A stretch of DNA of 64,000 nt from the NCBI GenBank assembly GCA_947629745.1, contig CANREZ010000002.1:67140-131139 (forward strand), in the 5' to 3' direction. The translations under genes and the position numbers were made by a program. Source of the stretch: an uncultured Clostridia bacterium. GTDB taxonomy: Bacteria; Bacillota; Clostridia; Christensenellales; UBA1242. Positions 51,581 through 61,041 of the stretch are shown here, piece after piece. Numbering within the stretch: the stretch's first letter is position 1; every line of letters starts with the position of its first letter. The notes under the pieces are model-generated. The model did no database searches and had not been told where the DNA came from. It saw nothing but the letters and a program-made list of their open reading frames with translations.

Positions 51581-52033
51581 ATGAAAAATTACGAAATCCT
51601 ATCAAATGATTGCAAAATATTATGGAAAGAAAATTACAAGATCACAACTGAAAAATACACACAGGTAAGTGGATATATTTTTAATGATAAAAATCAATTA
51701 TTGATTGTTAAAAATGGAGACACATGGACTATTCCTGGCGGACATCCCGAGAAAGGCGAAACTCAAATTGAAACCCTTTCTAGAGAGCTTATGGAAGAAG
51801 CGTGTGTTATCCTTCGAGACATAAAGTATTTAGGCTGTGTTGAAGTTGTTGAAAAAAATGAAGTCTATTATCAATTACGCTATACAGCAAAAGTCAAAGA
51901 GATCTTGCCTTTTACTAAAGAATGGGAGACAAACGAACGGCTTTTTGTGGATTTAAAAGACCTATCAAAATATATTAAATGGGCAAATGGCATCACATTT
52001 AAAGCACAGATCAACTCCGCCAAAAAGAACTGA
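51581..52033 (+). CDS. NUDIX hydrolase
   Basis: PGGHPEKGETQIETLSRELMEEA Nudix box; AGGAG RBS. Confidence 0.9.
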   Translation: MKNYEILSNDCKILWKENYKITTEKYTQVSGYIFNDKNQLLIVKNGDTWTIPGGHPEKGETQIETLSRELMEEACVILRDIKYLGCVEVVEKNEVYYQLRYTAKVKEILPFTKEWETNERLFVDLKDLSKYIKWANGITFKAQINSAKKN

Positions 52034-52133
52034 TAAGGCATCTCGTCAGTTTTTATTTAAAGTTTGAAAGTTCTGATGGAAACCCACTTTTTCCGCCAAG
52101 AGAAACCTAAATCGAACCCTGAAAAGTTTTGGA

Positions 52134-52661
52134 TTAGGTTTTTGTTTGATTCTTCGCTAGTTGCAGCACTTCTTGAATAAATGCGTTTTTTTGTGCTGTG
52201 TATGCTTTCCGTTCTTTCACTTGATTGGAAACATCCCTTTTCATTTCTTCGTATTTTTTGATGTATTGTGGATGTTTTATTAGAAAATCTCTAAAAATGA
52301 TATGATTGTTCCAATAAACGCTATCTATCAGTTCAACATGAATATAATGGGTTCTGCACTCGGGAGTTCCTTTTCTTGCCAAAATTTCCCCCTTTGTTTC
52401 TATCGAATTTTTTACATCATAACCAGCTTCTGTAAGAATTGGAATCAATTTATATAGTGAATCCAAATTTTCTACTGCCACCGCGATGTCGATTATGGGT
52501 TTAGCAGACAGCCCCGGTATTGATGTGCTTCCCACGTGTTGTATATCAAGGGCGTAGCTCCCCAAAATGCGTTTTAAGATTGTTTTTTCTTTTTCGTATT
52601 CATCTTTCCAAGTTGGATCATATGGATGCAACTCTACCAAATCTTTATGTAAACCCAACAT
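52134..52661 (-). CDS. GrpB/UPF0157 family nucleotidyltransferase-like protein
   Basis: HVGSTSIPGLSAKPIIDI, FRDFL..HP, YTAQK..FI. Confidence 0.9.
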   Translation of the reverse strand: MLGLHKDLVELHPYDPTWKDEYEKEKTILKRILGSYALDIQHVGSTSIPGLSAKPIIDIAVAVENLDSLYKLIPILTEAGYDVKNSIETKGEILARKGTPECRTHYIHVELIDSVYWNNHIIFRDFLIKHPQYIKKYEEMKRDVSNQVKERKAYTAQKNAFIQEVLQLAKNQTKT

Positions 52662-52788
52662 ATGCACCTCTTTGTGAAAATCATAATTCTGCATGTTTCA
52701 AGTGTACTATATTCTGATTGTAAAACAAATCTGATTATAAAACAAATGAATATATGAATGTTATAAAATAAAAATTCGTTTTACATTA

Positions 52789-52878
52789 CACGCTTTTCCG
52801 CCAGATATGCCGTTTTACCAAAAAATGAAGTAGGAATGTTAGTTCCTACTTCCTTTTTTTTGTTCTTTTGACGTACCA
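52789..52878 (+). repeat. ~90-bp direct repeat with 54010-54103 (tRNA echo plus terminator)
   Basis: cgctt(t)tccgccagat...gccgttttaccaaaaaa(t)gaagtaggaatgttRgttcctacttc shared by both copies. Confidence 0.85.
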
Positions 52879-52907
52879 AATATACTTTGGTGCGCCTTTT
52901 GTTGAAT

Positions 52908-53936
52908 TTACCCGTTCTCACTTGATTTCAAAATCTTAATAGTCTTGATTAAGGTGTCAATTTCTTTTTTTTCCGTTTTGAAATTTGTCATGAGTCTAAC
53001 AATCTTTTTTGCTTTGTTAGAATAACTAAGTGTGTAATTTTTTGTAAGTGCTTTAAATAACGGATAATCGATTTTTGCAAAAACCATATTACTTTCAACC
53101 GGATAGATAATTTCAATGCCAAGTTTTTCTAGCTCACTTTCTAAATATTTTGCCATTTTGTTAGCGTGTTGAGCGTTTTTTAGCCACAAATTATTATTGA
53201 AATAGGCTTCAAATTGCGCTGCAAAAAATCGAGTTTTTGAAAATGTTAAAGCAAGCTGTTTCTGATATTTTTCCACATCATCAAATAGCTTTGGATTGAC
53301 AAAAACAGCCAATTCGCCAAACATACACCCGTTTTTGTTTCCGCCGATTGTGAAAGCGTCAATGCCCGTGTCTTGCACAAGTTCCTTAAGCGTGCATTTT
53401 AAATATGCAAGAGCGTTTGCCACTCTAGCGCCGTCAAAATAAACATACATTTTGTTTGCGTGTGCGAAGTCGCATATCTTTTTGATTTCTTTTGGTGTGT
53501 AGCAAGTTCCAAGTTCGGTGGCCTCTGAAAACACAACAATCTTGATTGGTGGATTATGTCCTAATGTGGAAATGGTCTTTTTAATTTTTTCAATGGTTAT
53601 TTTGCCCATTTCATCCGATACAGTCAATATTTTTGTTCCCAAAGAATGCTCTGTCGCGCCCATTTCAGAACGAGAAACATGCGTTGTGTCTGTGCAAAGT
53701 ATTGAACAAATGTCTTTTGTCATCGTTCTTAAAGCCAAAATATTTACCGCAGTTCCGTTTGAAACAAAAGCCACTTCCACAGGCACTGTAAATTGACTTT
53801 GCACCCACTTTTTTACATTTTTTGTGTGCTCGTCCTTAAAATATCCCAGTTCGTAGCCTTTGTTTGCTGAAATCAGGGCGTTCATAATCTCATCACTAAC
53901 ACCAGAGGTTGTATCGCTTGAAAAATTAGCTATCAT
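52908..53936 (-). CDS. Low-specificity L-threonine aldolase family protein
   Basis: NFSSD, NGTAVN, TELGT.Y, DGARVANA, GGNKNG. Confidence 0.88.
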   Translation of the reverse strand: MIANFSSDTTSGVSDEIMNALISANKGYELGYFKDEHTKNVKKWVQSQFTVPVEVAFVSNGTAVNILALRTMTKDICSILCTDTTHVSRSEMGATEHSLGTKILTVSDEMGKITIEKIKKTISTLGHNPPIKIVVFSEATELGTCYTPKEIKKICDFAHANKMYVYFDGARVANALAYLKCTLKELVQDTGIDAFTIGGNKNGCMFGELAVFVNPKLFDDVEKYQKQLALTFSKTRFFAAQFEAYFNNNLWLKNAQHANKMAKYLESELEKLGIEIIYPVESNMVFAKIDYPLFKALTKNYTLSYSNKAKKIVRLMTNFKTEKKEIDTLIKTIKILKSSENG

Positions 53937-54148
53937 ATATAACTCCTTAAGGAATTATAACACAAATGTTAATATATACAAAGTATTTATCAAAGTACGT
54001 CTTGACACACTCGCTTTCCGCCAGATTCGTGGCAACGCCGTTTTACCAAAAAAGAAGTAGGAATGTTGGTTCCTACTTCTTTTTTGTTCTCTTGTGCGTG
54101 CCACTTTTCCTGCTCCGAGAGCGAGATGCTGAATCGGTGACGCTTGGA

Positions 54149-54391
54149 TTAATCTATTTCTAGTTCTTCGCTTTCAAAAATAGGATCGTCAAAGAATTCT
54201 GCAGTGGTCATTCCAAGTCCGCGTATAATCTGCATTACCGTCCTTAGATTTACGCTCTTGTTGCGTTCTCCCATAAGTGTCTTCATAGTGTTATGGGGCA
54301 TAGCAATTATTCTCTCTAATCTATATTGTGACATATTCCTTTCTCTTAAAATATTGCTAATCCTTAACGCAACAGCTGTGCTTAATTTCAT
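54149..54391 (-). CDS. XRE-family HTH regulator
   Basis: RI..IL.ERNMSQYRL...I.RGLGMT..EFFD. Confidence 0.85.
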   Translation of the reverse strand: MKLSTAVALRISNILRERNMSQYRLERIIAMPHNTMKTLMGERNKSVNLRTVMQIIRGLGMTTAEFFDDPIFESEELEID

Positions 54392-54528
54392 TGAATCTCC
54401 TATGGTTGTATTTACAACTATATTCTATCAAATGAAATTTTTAACATAAGGACATACAACCCTAAATGCTTTGAAAATATATTTATTTATGTTATAATTG
54501 CACTATAAATATATGAAAAGGAGTTAAG

Positions 54529-54873
54529 ATGAAAGAAGCGAAATGTACGTCATGTGGGGCAAATATCCAAGTGGATGAACAGAACGAAGCTGGGGTATGT
54601 CCGTACTGCAAAAGTGCGTATGTTACTGAAAAGGCTATTAGGAACTATGATAACTCTATCAGCACAACTAACAATGCCGGAACTATAATTAATAATTATT
54701 ATACAACCTCACCAAATGGCGAAACTGTGCAGAATGGTGTTACTTATCCACCGCGTCCAAAGATAAATGCAGTATTAGCGACTATAGGGTTACTTTTATA
54801 TATATGGCCTGGACTTTTATATATTATTATACAAGTTATAAGACAGAAAAATTGGGATAAAAAATATTTATAA
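54529..54873 (+). CDS. Zinc-ribbon protein with C-terminal TM
   Basis: CTSCG and CPYCK knuckles; hydrophobic C-terminus. Confidence 0.75.
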   Translation: MKEAKCTSCGANIQVDEQNEAGVCPYCKSAYVTEKAIRNYDNSISTTNNAGTIINNYYTTSPNGETVQNGVTYPPRPKINAVLATIGLLLYIWPGLLYIIIQVIRQKNWDKKYL

Positions 54874-54919
54874 TTGAGATAAATTACATAAAAAATGCAC
54901 TCCATTTGGAGTGCATTAA

Positions 54920-57370
54920 TTATTTAAAAAGATCTGGATTGTGTCCACTGACAACACTACCACTTTTTTCTAAAGTATATTCGTATTTATTCTTGAATAC
55001 CACTGCTGCGTCAAGTAAAGCGGCATTTTTTTGGTTTACAGTAGGCTCTTTTACCACTACATTATTTTCATCTCTATATTCAATTGTCATGAGAATGTGC
55101 TTCACATTGCCTTCTTTATATATCCAAGAAGTGCCATAGAAGGATGTTGGGAGAGTGACATTAGAAAATTTGTTTAAGATGCCTGCTTCAATCCTTTCAA
55201 CGCTACTACCTATTACAATGTGCCATCCTGAAGCATCACGGAATGCTTTGGCAGTAAGTGTCTTGACGGTATCTTTAATTATTGCTTTAAGTTCCGTTCT
55301 ATTGATAGTTATATATTTTGGGACATAAAGCAACTGGGTAAAATCTTTGTTATACAGCAAACCATTTTCGCTAGCATACACTGTATTGCCGCTTGCTACG
55401 GTAATTGAGCGCAAATTGCAATCGTAGAATGCAAATTTTTCAGCTGTGTCGTGCGCTAGGGTAGTGAGTGATGCTGGGAGGGAAATATTTTCAATTTTGC
55501 AGGACTTGAATGCATTCTCGCCGATCTCAGTCACACCCTCAGGGATGACAGTGACACTCGCGTTTTCGGTATTTGCGAATGCGTATGGTCCTATTTTTGT
55601 TATGTTACTACCTATCGTTGTAGTGCTCCTCGTGCCTAGCACCAAGGTATTTTCTCTGGTATCGTATAGATAAGTATTGGCACTATCTGTTGCGTACTGG
55701 CCTTCAATTGGATCGACTGTGATCTTTTCTCGTTTAGTGCATGTTTCGAATGCTTTTGGTGAGTATATAGTGACATTGAAACCGATGTTCAAATTTACCA
55801 CATAATCTAGTTGTGCATCATCAAATGTGTGTTCCTCAACGTATCCGCCAGTCAAATTTAGATTGGTCATACTGCTAAAGTGCTTCACATCTTCAGCGTG
55901 GACTGAGAGAGTTTTTACTTTGTGAGTAAACACATTCTCGCCCCACACACGGTTGTAATTGTATTCCACTTCAACGTTATCGAAATAATAAGGAGAGTGG
56001 CGTGATGATGCTATAAATGCACCATCAGCGATTGCTGTCACATCACGTTTAATTACTAAATTAGATATATTGACAGTTTGGTATTTATCGAATACAACAT
56101 CTGCGAAGTTTGATGGGATCTGACCACTAAGTATGGCCAGATCCAAATTCTTCACAAGATTTACAGGAATATTGTATTCACTTATCGCTTCCATTATAGG
56201 GTCAGTGATAAGGAAAGAATATTTATTTAATTGCTCTATGTTATTGAAGTTTCCGAAGAAGTCATTAATCTCTATATCTTCTCCTGTTGCTAGGAATCGT
56301 AGTTCCTTAGCGACTGACACATCATCATTTAGGGTGTATCTCGAGAATGCATCGTCTTCAATTGTTTTTAATCCCTCGCCAATCTCAATAAATTCTAGAG
56401 TCCTAAGTGATGTGACATTTTGTGCAGCAAATGCATAGTAGCCTATATACTCGGTGCCGCTGCCAATTTTTATACTAGCTAGATTTGTTAGACCTTTAAA
56501 TGCGCCAGAGCCAATCCTCTTTAGGCTATCTGGTAGCACTAAGTCACCGTCAAAGCCCTTAGCGTTTTGGAAAGCATAATCTGCAATATCTACTATGCCT
56601 GCAAAAGATACTCTGTCATTGAATGTGGCACTATCGAATGCATGGGCACAGATGTATGATGCGGAGCCAAAGTAGACTGACTCATCAAACGTCCTATTAG
56701 CAAAACAATATTCACCGATCAAATCAATGCACATTGGCATCAAATTTCCAACTCCGCTAAAGACTAATTTGTTTAGTTCGCCAGCGGTACTTGCTCGACC
56801 CTTGTCAGTAGTAGGGGAGTCGACTTTTTCTATCAGGCAAGATGGCTCAAAGTCTCGTGCAAAGAATTTTTCATTATCTGGGCTAACGGTAAATTCTCTA
56901 ATATTATTGCATCCCTCAAAGACTCCAGCTGGGCTATAGTCGTGATTGAAATCATATCTATCATCTAGTGATATAAGGCCGCTACCGATATTCACAGTTT
57001 CAAGCGCGGTCATGCCCTTGAATGCGCCACCTGCGATGCGAAGCACACTATCTGGGATAGTGAGAGTCTTTACAGTGTTATTTCCTGCGTCGGTGTTAAG
57101 ATCATAGAAGACATATCCTTTCACATCAGTGACAGGTTTTCCATTCACCTCGCTTGCGATCAAAATGTCTTCATATTGCGGGGCAGAACTATCGTAGTCG
57201 ATGAGTGAATAACTAGAATTATCCGAATTTATGCGATAGATGAGGCCGTTTGGCATCTTCACGTCATTATTCTTTTTGTTGTCGTCATCCCCACCACCAC
57301 AAGCGGCAAGGCCCAAAGTGAAGCACACTAGAGCACATAGAGTGAGAATACTTAGCAAAAACTTCTTCAT
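54920..57370 (-). CDS. BspA-type leucine-rich-repeat (LRR_5) lipoprotein
   Basis: LAAC lipobox; repeated IPDSV..I...AF, IPEGVTEIGENAF; NTVYASENGLLYNKD. Confidence 0.88.
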   Translation of the reverse strand: MKKFLLSILTLCALVCFTLGLAACGGGDDDNKKNNDVKMPNGLIYRINSDNSSYSLIDYDSSAPQYEDILIASEVNGKPVTDVKGYVFYDLNTDAGNNTVKTLTIPDSVLRIAGGAFKGMTALETVNIGSGLISLDDRYDFNHDYSPAGVFEGCNNIREFTVSPDNEKFFARDFEPSCLIEKVDSPTTDKGRASTAGELNKLVFSGVGNLMPMCIDLIGEYCFANRTFDESVYFGSASYICAHAFDSATFNDRVSFAGIVDIADYAFQNAKGFDGDLVLPDSLKRIGSGAFKGLTNLASIKIGSGTEYIGYYAFAAQNVTSLRTLEFIEIGEGLKTIEDDAFSRYTLNDDVSVAKELRFLATGEDIEINDFFGNFNNIEQLNKYSFLITDPIMEAISEYNIPVNLVKNLDLAILSGQIPSNFADVVFDKYQTVNISNLVIKRDVTAIADGAFIASSRHSPYYFDNVEVEYNYNRVWGENVFTHKVKTLSVHAEDVKHFSSMTNLNLTGGYVEEHTFDDAQLDYVVNLNIGFNVTIYSPKAFETCTKREKITVDPIEGQYATDSANTYLYDTRENTLVLGTRSTTTIGSNITKIGPYAFANTENASVTVIPEGVTEIGENAFKSCKIENISLPASLTTLAHDTAEKFAFYDCNLRSITVASGNTVYASENGLLYNKDFTQLLYVPKYITINRTELKAIIKDTVKTLTAKAFRDASGWHIVIGSSVERIEAGILNKFSNVTLPTSFYGTSWIYKEGNVKHILMTIEYRDENNVVVKEPTVNQKNAALLDAAVVFKNKYEYTLEKSGSVVSGHNPDLFK

Positions 57371-57555
57371 ATTTTCCTCCAGAATTATACTAATATAATT
57401 TTATAATAATATAAAAATATAAAAACTGCAATCAATATTCATGAGTGAGTGAGAGAGAGTGTGTGTGGAAGGGGTAAAAAGTTTAAATAATTTGTATTTA
57501 TAAGAATTTTAATTTTAGTCTCTAAAAAGCAAATTTTATTTGTAAAAAATTAAAT

Positions 57556-58179
57556 CTAATTGCCAGATAATTTCCTAAGTATTGGGCGGCTGATCTCAAT
57601 GATTAGCGTAGGGTAGTCGGAGTATGAGTATTCGGCCACTGTGCCCTCGAATTGGTATCTAGTGCCATATTTTAAGTACCAATCAATTGCCATATCTTGC
57701 TTGAGGGTGCCGACCTGCACATTATTTATGTAGACGGGAGTGTTCTCGGGATATTTTCCATTTGGCTCATGGATGACAAGAACGCCATCTCCCACGCAGA
57801 TATCCGTCTTTTTGTCTATGTAATATTGACACCCGCGCACCTTGGCACGCACATGGGTCCAACCATCTACCGCATAACCATCAGGAGGAGAATATTTGTA
57901 GGTCGGAGTAGGTTGCTTCACATGATAAATTTTTAGGTCTTCCTTGCGCTTAATTTTCTTTGTCGAACTATCATTTAACTTAAGTTTCTTGAATTTTACG
58001 AGATACCAAATTATGAACCCAAGCGCTGGCACTAGGCAAATAAATCCTGGTATTAGGAAGTAATAACTGTATATTGCAAAGACGCACGACGAAATGCCAA
58101 TTGCAAGGAGTACACACGCGATCCACAATTTGTCGCGTGCATTCTTCTCAGCAATTTTCCTCTTCATTTGTTTATCCAT
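57556..58179 (-). CDS. Two-TM protein with a C-terminal HIRAN-like domain
   Basis: KVRGCQYY, HEPNGKYPEN..VY....VGTL pattern. Confidence 0.6.
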   Translation of the reverse strand: MDKQMKRKIAEKNARDKLWIACVLLAIGISSCVFAIYSYYFLIPGFICLVPALGFIIWYLVKFKKLKLNDSSTKKIKRKEDLKIYHVKQPTPTYKYSPPDGYAVDGWTHVRAKVRGCQYYIDKKTDICVGDGVLVIHEPNGKYPENTPVYINNVQVGTLKQDMAIDWYLKYGTRYQFEGTVAEYSYSDYPTLIIEISRPILRKLSGN

Positions 58180-58347
58180 ACCACCATTATACCACAAACT
58201 CCTCCCATTAGTATAAAAATTATAGGGTAGAGGGAAATTGAAAAGGGATTAAAACATATTTAACTGTTTACTAACAAAAAGATAAGAAGATAAAGTACAT
58301 ATAACTATTTACTAAAAAAGGCGGCTAATCTAGTCGCCTTTTTAGTG

Positions 58348-58511
58348 ATATCCACACTTTCCCCAACAATTTTATCTTTGGTAAAACGGTTAAATCTTCA
58401 CCTATTGTGAGGAGATATATTCTTTTGTTTTGCCCATACACTCATTACGTGTGGATAATGCAATCGATTGTTGGGGGCATCCTTTTAATATATTATATCA
58501 CATTATCCATA
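58348..58511. promoter_or_regulatory. Small cluster of DnaA-box-like sites
   Basis: Perfect TGTGGATAA at 58450-58458; 1-mismatch ATATCCACA at 58348 and TTATCCATA at 58503. Confidence 0.35.
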
Positions 58512-58645
58512 AGTTGCAAAAAAATTTTAACAAATTGTATGAACTATATAAAAAGATGCTCAGTGTTAAACATTTTTTGAGGCTAAATAAATTTAACACG
58601 CCCGCCCAGCACAATAACTGATTTCTATAATCACTTTCTAAATGC

Positions 58646-59455
58646 TCATCTTAGTGTTTTAATTTTAAACACAACTACGCCATATTTTTCTTCGTCTTGT
58701 TTAGGGTAGATTGTTCTATAAACTTTAATCATCTCTTCCTTTGTTTTTGTGGCAAATCCTAATTCAGACTTATTCAAACTGTTAGCCATTTCGTCAAAGT
58801 TTTTGAATATATACTTGTCTAAAATGATTGCATTAATTGTTTCAGTTCTCTTTGGTTCTTTGTAAAAGGTTATTGTATCGCCAATGTTAAATTGTTTGCG
58901 CTTTTCATCATTAAGCCTACCTTCCAAAATTTTCTCTTGATTTTTTATCAGGTTAAAATAGATTGGGTTAAGATTGAGTGTGTGTTTATTGAAATGTGTT
59001 TTTCTTATTGTCCAATTGCGCCATATATCATCATCTGAGAAACCAGTTGATTCAAACAAGTTCGCAAATTTTCCCCAAAACTTAATTGCACGAGGATTTG
59101 TAAATCTTGTTGAAAAAACAAATTCTCCATCAAACAAGTTAGTAAGTTCAGTTGCAAACCATATTGCATTTCCGTTTTTTCTATATTCGGGGCGAACATA
59201 GAACTCGGCAAAATCATATTGCATATTGGAAAGTTCACGTATCATTGCAAGCCCGGCTATATTGTTATCAACAATAAAGTAGAAAGGATATCTATCTTTA
59301 TCTTCCCAATAACAATCAAACCAATTATAAATAGGTGTGCCATTTTCATCAAATTTTATATCAGGGTCGAACTCTGAAAGTTCAGCAAGATATTCATAGA
59401 ATATCTTCCGCATCTCTTCAATTTTGGACAATGGAACTATTTGAATTTTTCTCAT
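58646..59455 (-). CDS. GNAT acetyltransferase - ASCH domain fusion
   Basis: AEFYVRPEYRKNG.A and N.RAIKFW (GNAT); F.LIK..EK.LEGRL.DEKR....GD.I.F and EEKYGVV (ASCH). Confidence 0.8.
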   Translation of the reverse strand: MRKIQIVPLSKIEEMRKIFYEYLAELSEFDPDIKFDENGTPIYNWFDCYWEDKDRYPFYFIVDNNIAGLAMIRELSNMQYDFAEFYVRPEYRKNGNAIWFATELTNLFDGEFVFSTRFTNPRAIKFWGKFANLFESTGFSDDDIWRNWTIRKTHFNKHTLNLNPIYFNLIKNQEKILEGRLNDEKRKQFNIGDTITFYKEPKRTETINAIILDKYIFKNFDEMANSLNKSELGFATKTKEEMIKVYRTIYPKQDEEKYGVVVFKIKTLR

Positions 59456-59562
59456 GTTTTATACCTTTAAAACAATTATAACATAAAATAGAACAAATAT
59501 AGCGATATTTTTATCATATTTCAATGAGGATTTAAAGAAAATCGAGTTTACATTGTTAAAAT

Positions 59563-59606
59563 TGGTGCAACCGAGCAGATTTGAACTGCTGACTTATTGT
59601 TATGAG
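59563..59606 (-). mobile_element. tRNA 3'-half remnant (att site), anticodon loop to CCA
   Basis: Minus strand ctcataa-caataagtc-agcag-ttcaaat-ctgct-cggttgc-acca, with no 5' half. Confidence 0.75.
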
Positions 59607-59842
59607 AAAAGGAATTTGGTTGTTTTATTTTTTTCGGCGTAAATTTTGACAATTTTTAGCAAAAATATTGTCAAAATTGGCCTTTTTCATTAAAATTTCA
59701 CACCAACTTTCTTATCTTTAACTCAATCGCCATTAATTTTATGGTGGCGAAATGGTGACTTTCTGCACGCTAATCTGCCCATGGTGACTTTTTGAATATT
59801 TGCCTTTTTCTATATCATTGTGATGATATAGTTGGTCAGTTA

Positions 59843-60745
59843 TCAATATTTGATTTTGAAATAATCGAGTAGCATTTTGTACTGGTCTTGTCCAAAACGG
59901 CAAGTTTCAATCAAATAGTTTCTTTCGTTATTCCATTCTTTAAGGCCGCGATAATAATACCATTTGTTTTTATCATCAATGTAAAATGGTACGATGTTAT
60001 TTTTTAAACATTCCTTAAAGGCTATTAGTCTGCCAACACGTCCGTTGCCGTCCTGGAAAGGGTGTATGGTTTCAAATCTATAATGGAATTCAACAATATC
60101 TTCAAAGGCCACTTTTTTAAGAGAGTTATACCAAGTAAGAAGTTTTTTAATTTCTTTTGCTACATCCTCTGGGGGAGTGGTTTCAATTCCGCCAACGGTG
60201 TTCGGCATAAGTTTATATTGACCGGCGCCATAATTTTTGGATTGCTCGGTACCTTCCTTTAAAAAGTGATGCATATTTTTTATAAGCGTTTCTGTCAATT
60301 CAGCGGTGGCGAAATCGATTACATAATCAATGCATCTGAAATGGTTGTTTGTTTCGATTACATCGTCTAGTTGAATGTTTGCTGCAAGCTCACCAAGAGT
60401 TTTGGTTTCAAAGATATAGCGGGTTTGATCTTCAGTCAGTTTGCTGCCTTCAATATGATTTGAATTGTAGGTTAATTTGATTTGTGTTTCGTGATACAGG
60501 CCGCCGCTTAATTTCAACAATTTTTCTTTTTGCAGAGTTTGTAAAATGTGGTTGGTTTCAAGAATATCGTCAAAATTGGCGTCTAAAAACGCTAAAATCT
60601 TGCCTATAACTTTGTCGTTTATATCTTCACCTTTGCTTATTTTTGCAATAGTGCGTGAAGACACTCCAACCTTTTCGCATAGGGCGGATTTTGTTATGCC
60701 TTTTCGCTTTAATAATTCTTTTAATCTTGCTTCATTGACAATCAT
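59843..60745 (-). CDS. HTH-Fic domain protein
   Basis: N-terminal XRE HTH; SNHIEG; HPFQDGNGRVGR. Confidence 0.92.
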   Translation of the reverse strand: MIVNEARLKELLKRKGITKSALCEKVGVSSRTIAKISKGEDINDKVIGKILAFLDANFDDILETNHILQTLQKEKLLKLSGGLYHETQIKLTYNSNHIEGSKLTEDQTRYIFETKTLGELAANIQLDDVIETNNHFRCIDYVIDFATAELTETLIKNMHHFLKEGTEQSKNYGAGQYKLMPNTVGGIETTPPEDVAKEIKKLLTWYNSLKKVAFEDIVEFHYRFETIHPFQDGNGRVGRLIAFKECLKNNIVPFYIDDKNKWYYYRGLKEWNNERNYLIETCRFGQDQYKMLLDYFKIKY

Positions 60746-61041
60746 AAACACTCCAAATATTTACTTTTATAAATATATTATAACAAAAAGTAAATATTTT
60801 ACAACTTTTTATATACTAAAAGTAAAGATTTTTAATTTTCTATTTTAAACTTTACTAGGATTATTGGTTTGAAATATAAAATCTTAATTTGCTCGCCGGT
60901 GTTGTTAAGTATTCACACATAAAAATATTAATTTATGAAAAATTTTCAAAAACGAGTGAAATTTTCCTACAAAATGAGATGATATATGGTATAATTCTAT
61001 AATAGCTGATTTAATGAAATACTATTTAAAGGAGAATAACA

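Larger units (their letters stand above)
51465..54127 (+). mobile_element. tRNA-Ser-anchored array of single-gene cassettes bounded by 3'-end echoes
   Basis: Echoes ending tccgcca at 52022, 52098, 52803 and 54023; duplicated terminators. Confidence 0.65.

Noticed and set aside
57441-57474. GA/GT low-complexity run upstream of the LRR lipoprotein as a phase-variable promoter
   Set aside because: Short, mixed repeat units that are not placed between recognisable -35 and -10 boxes
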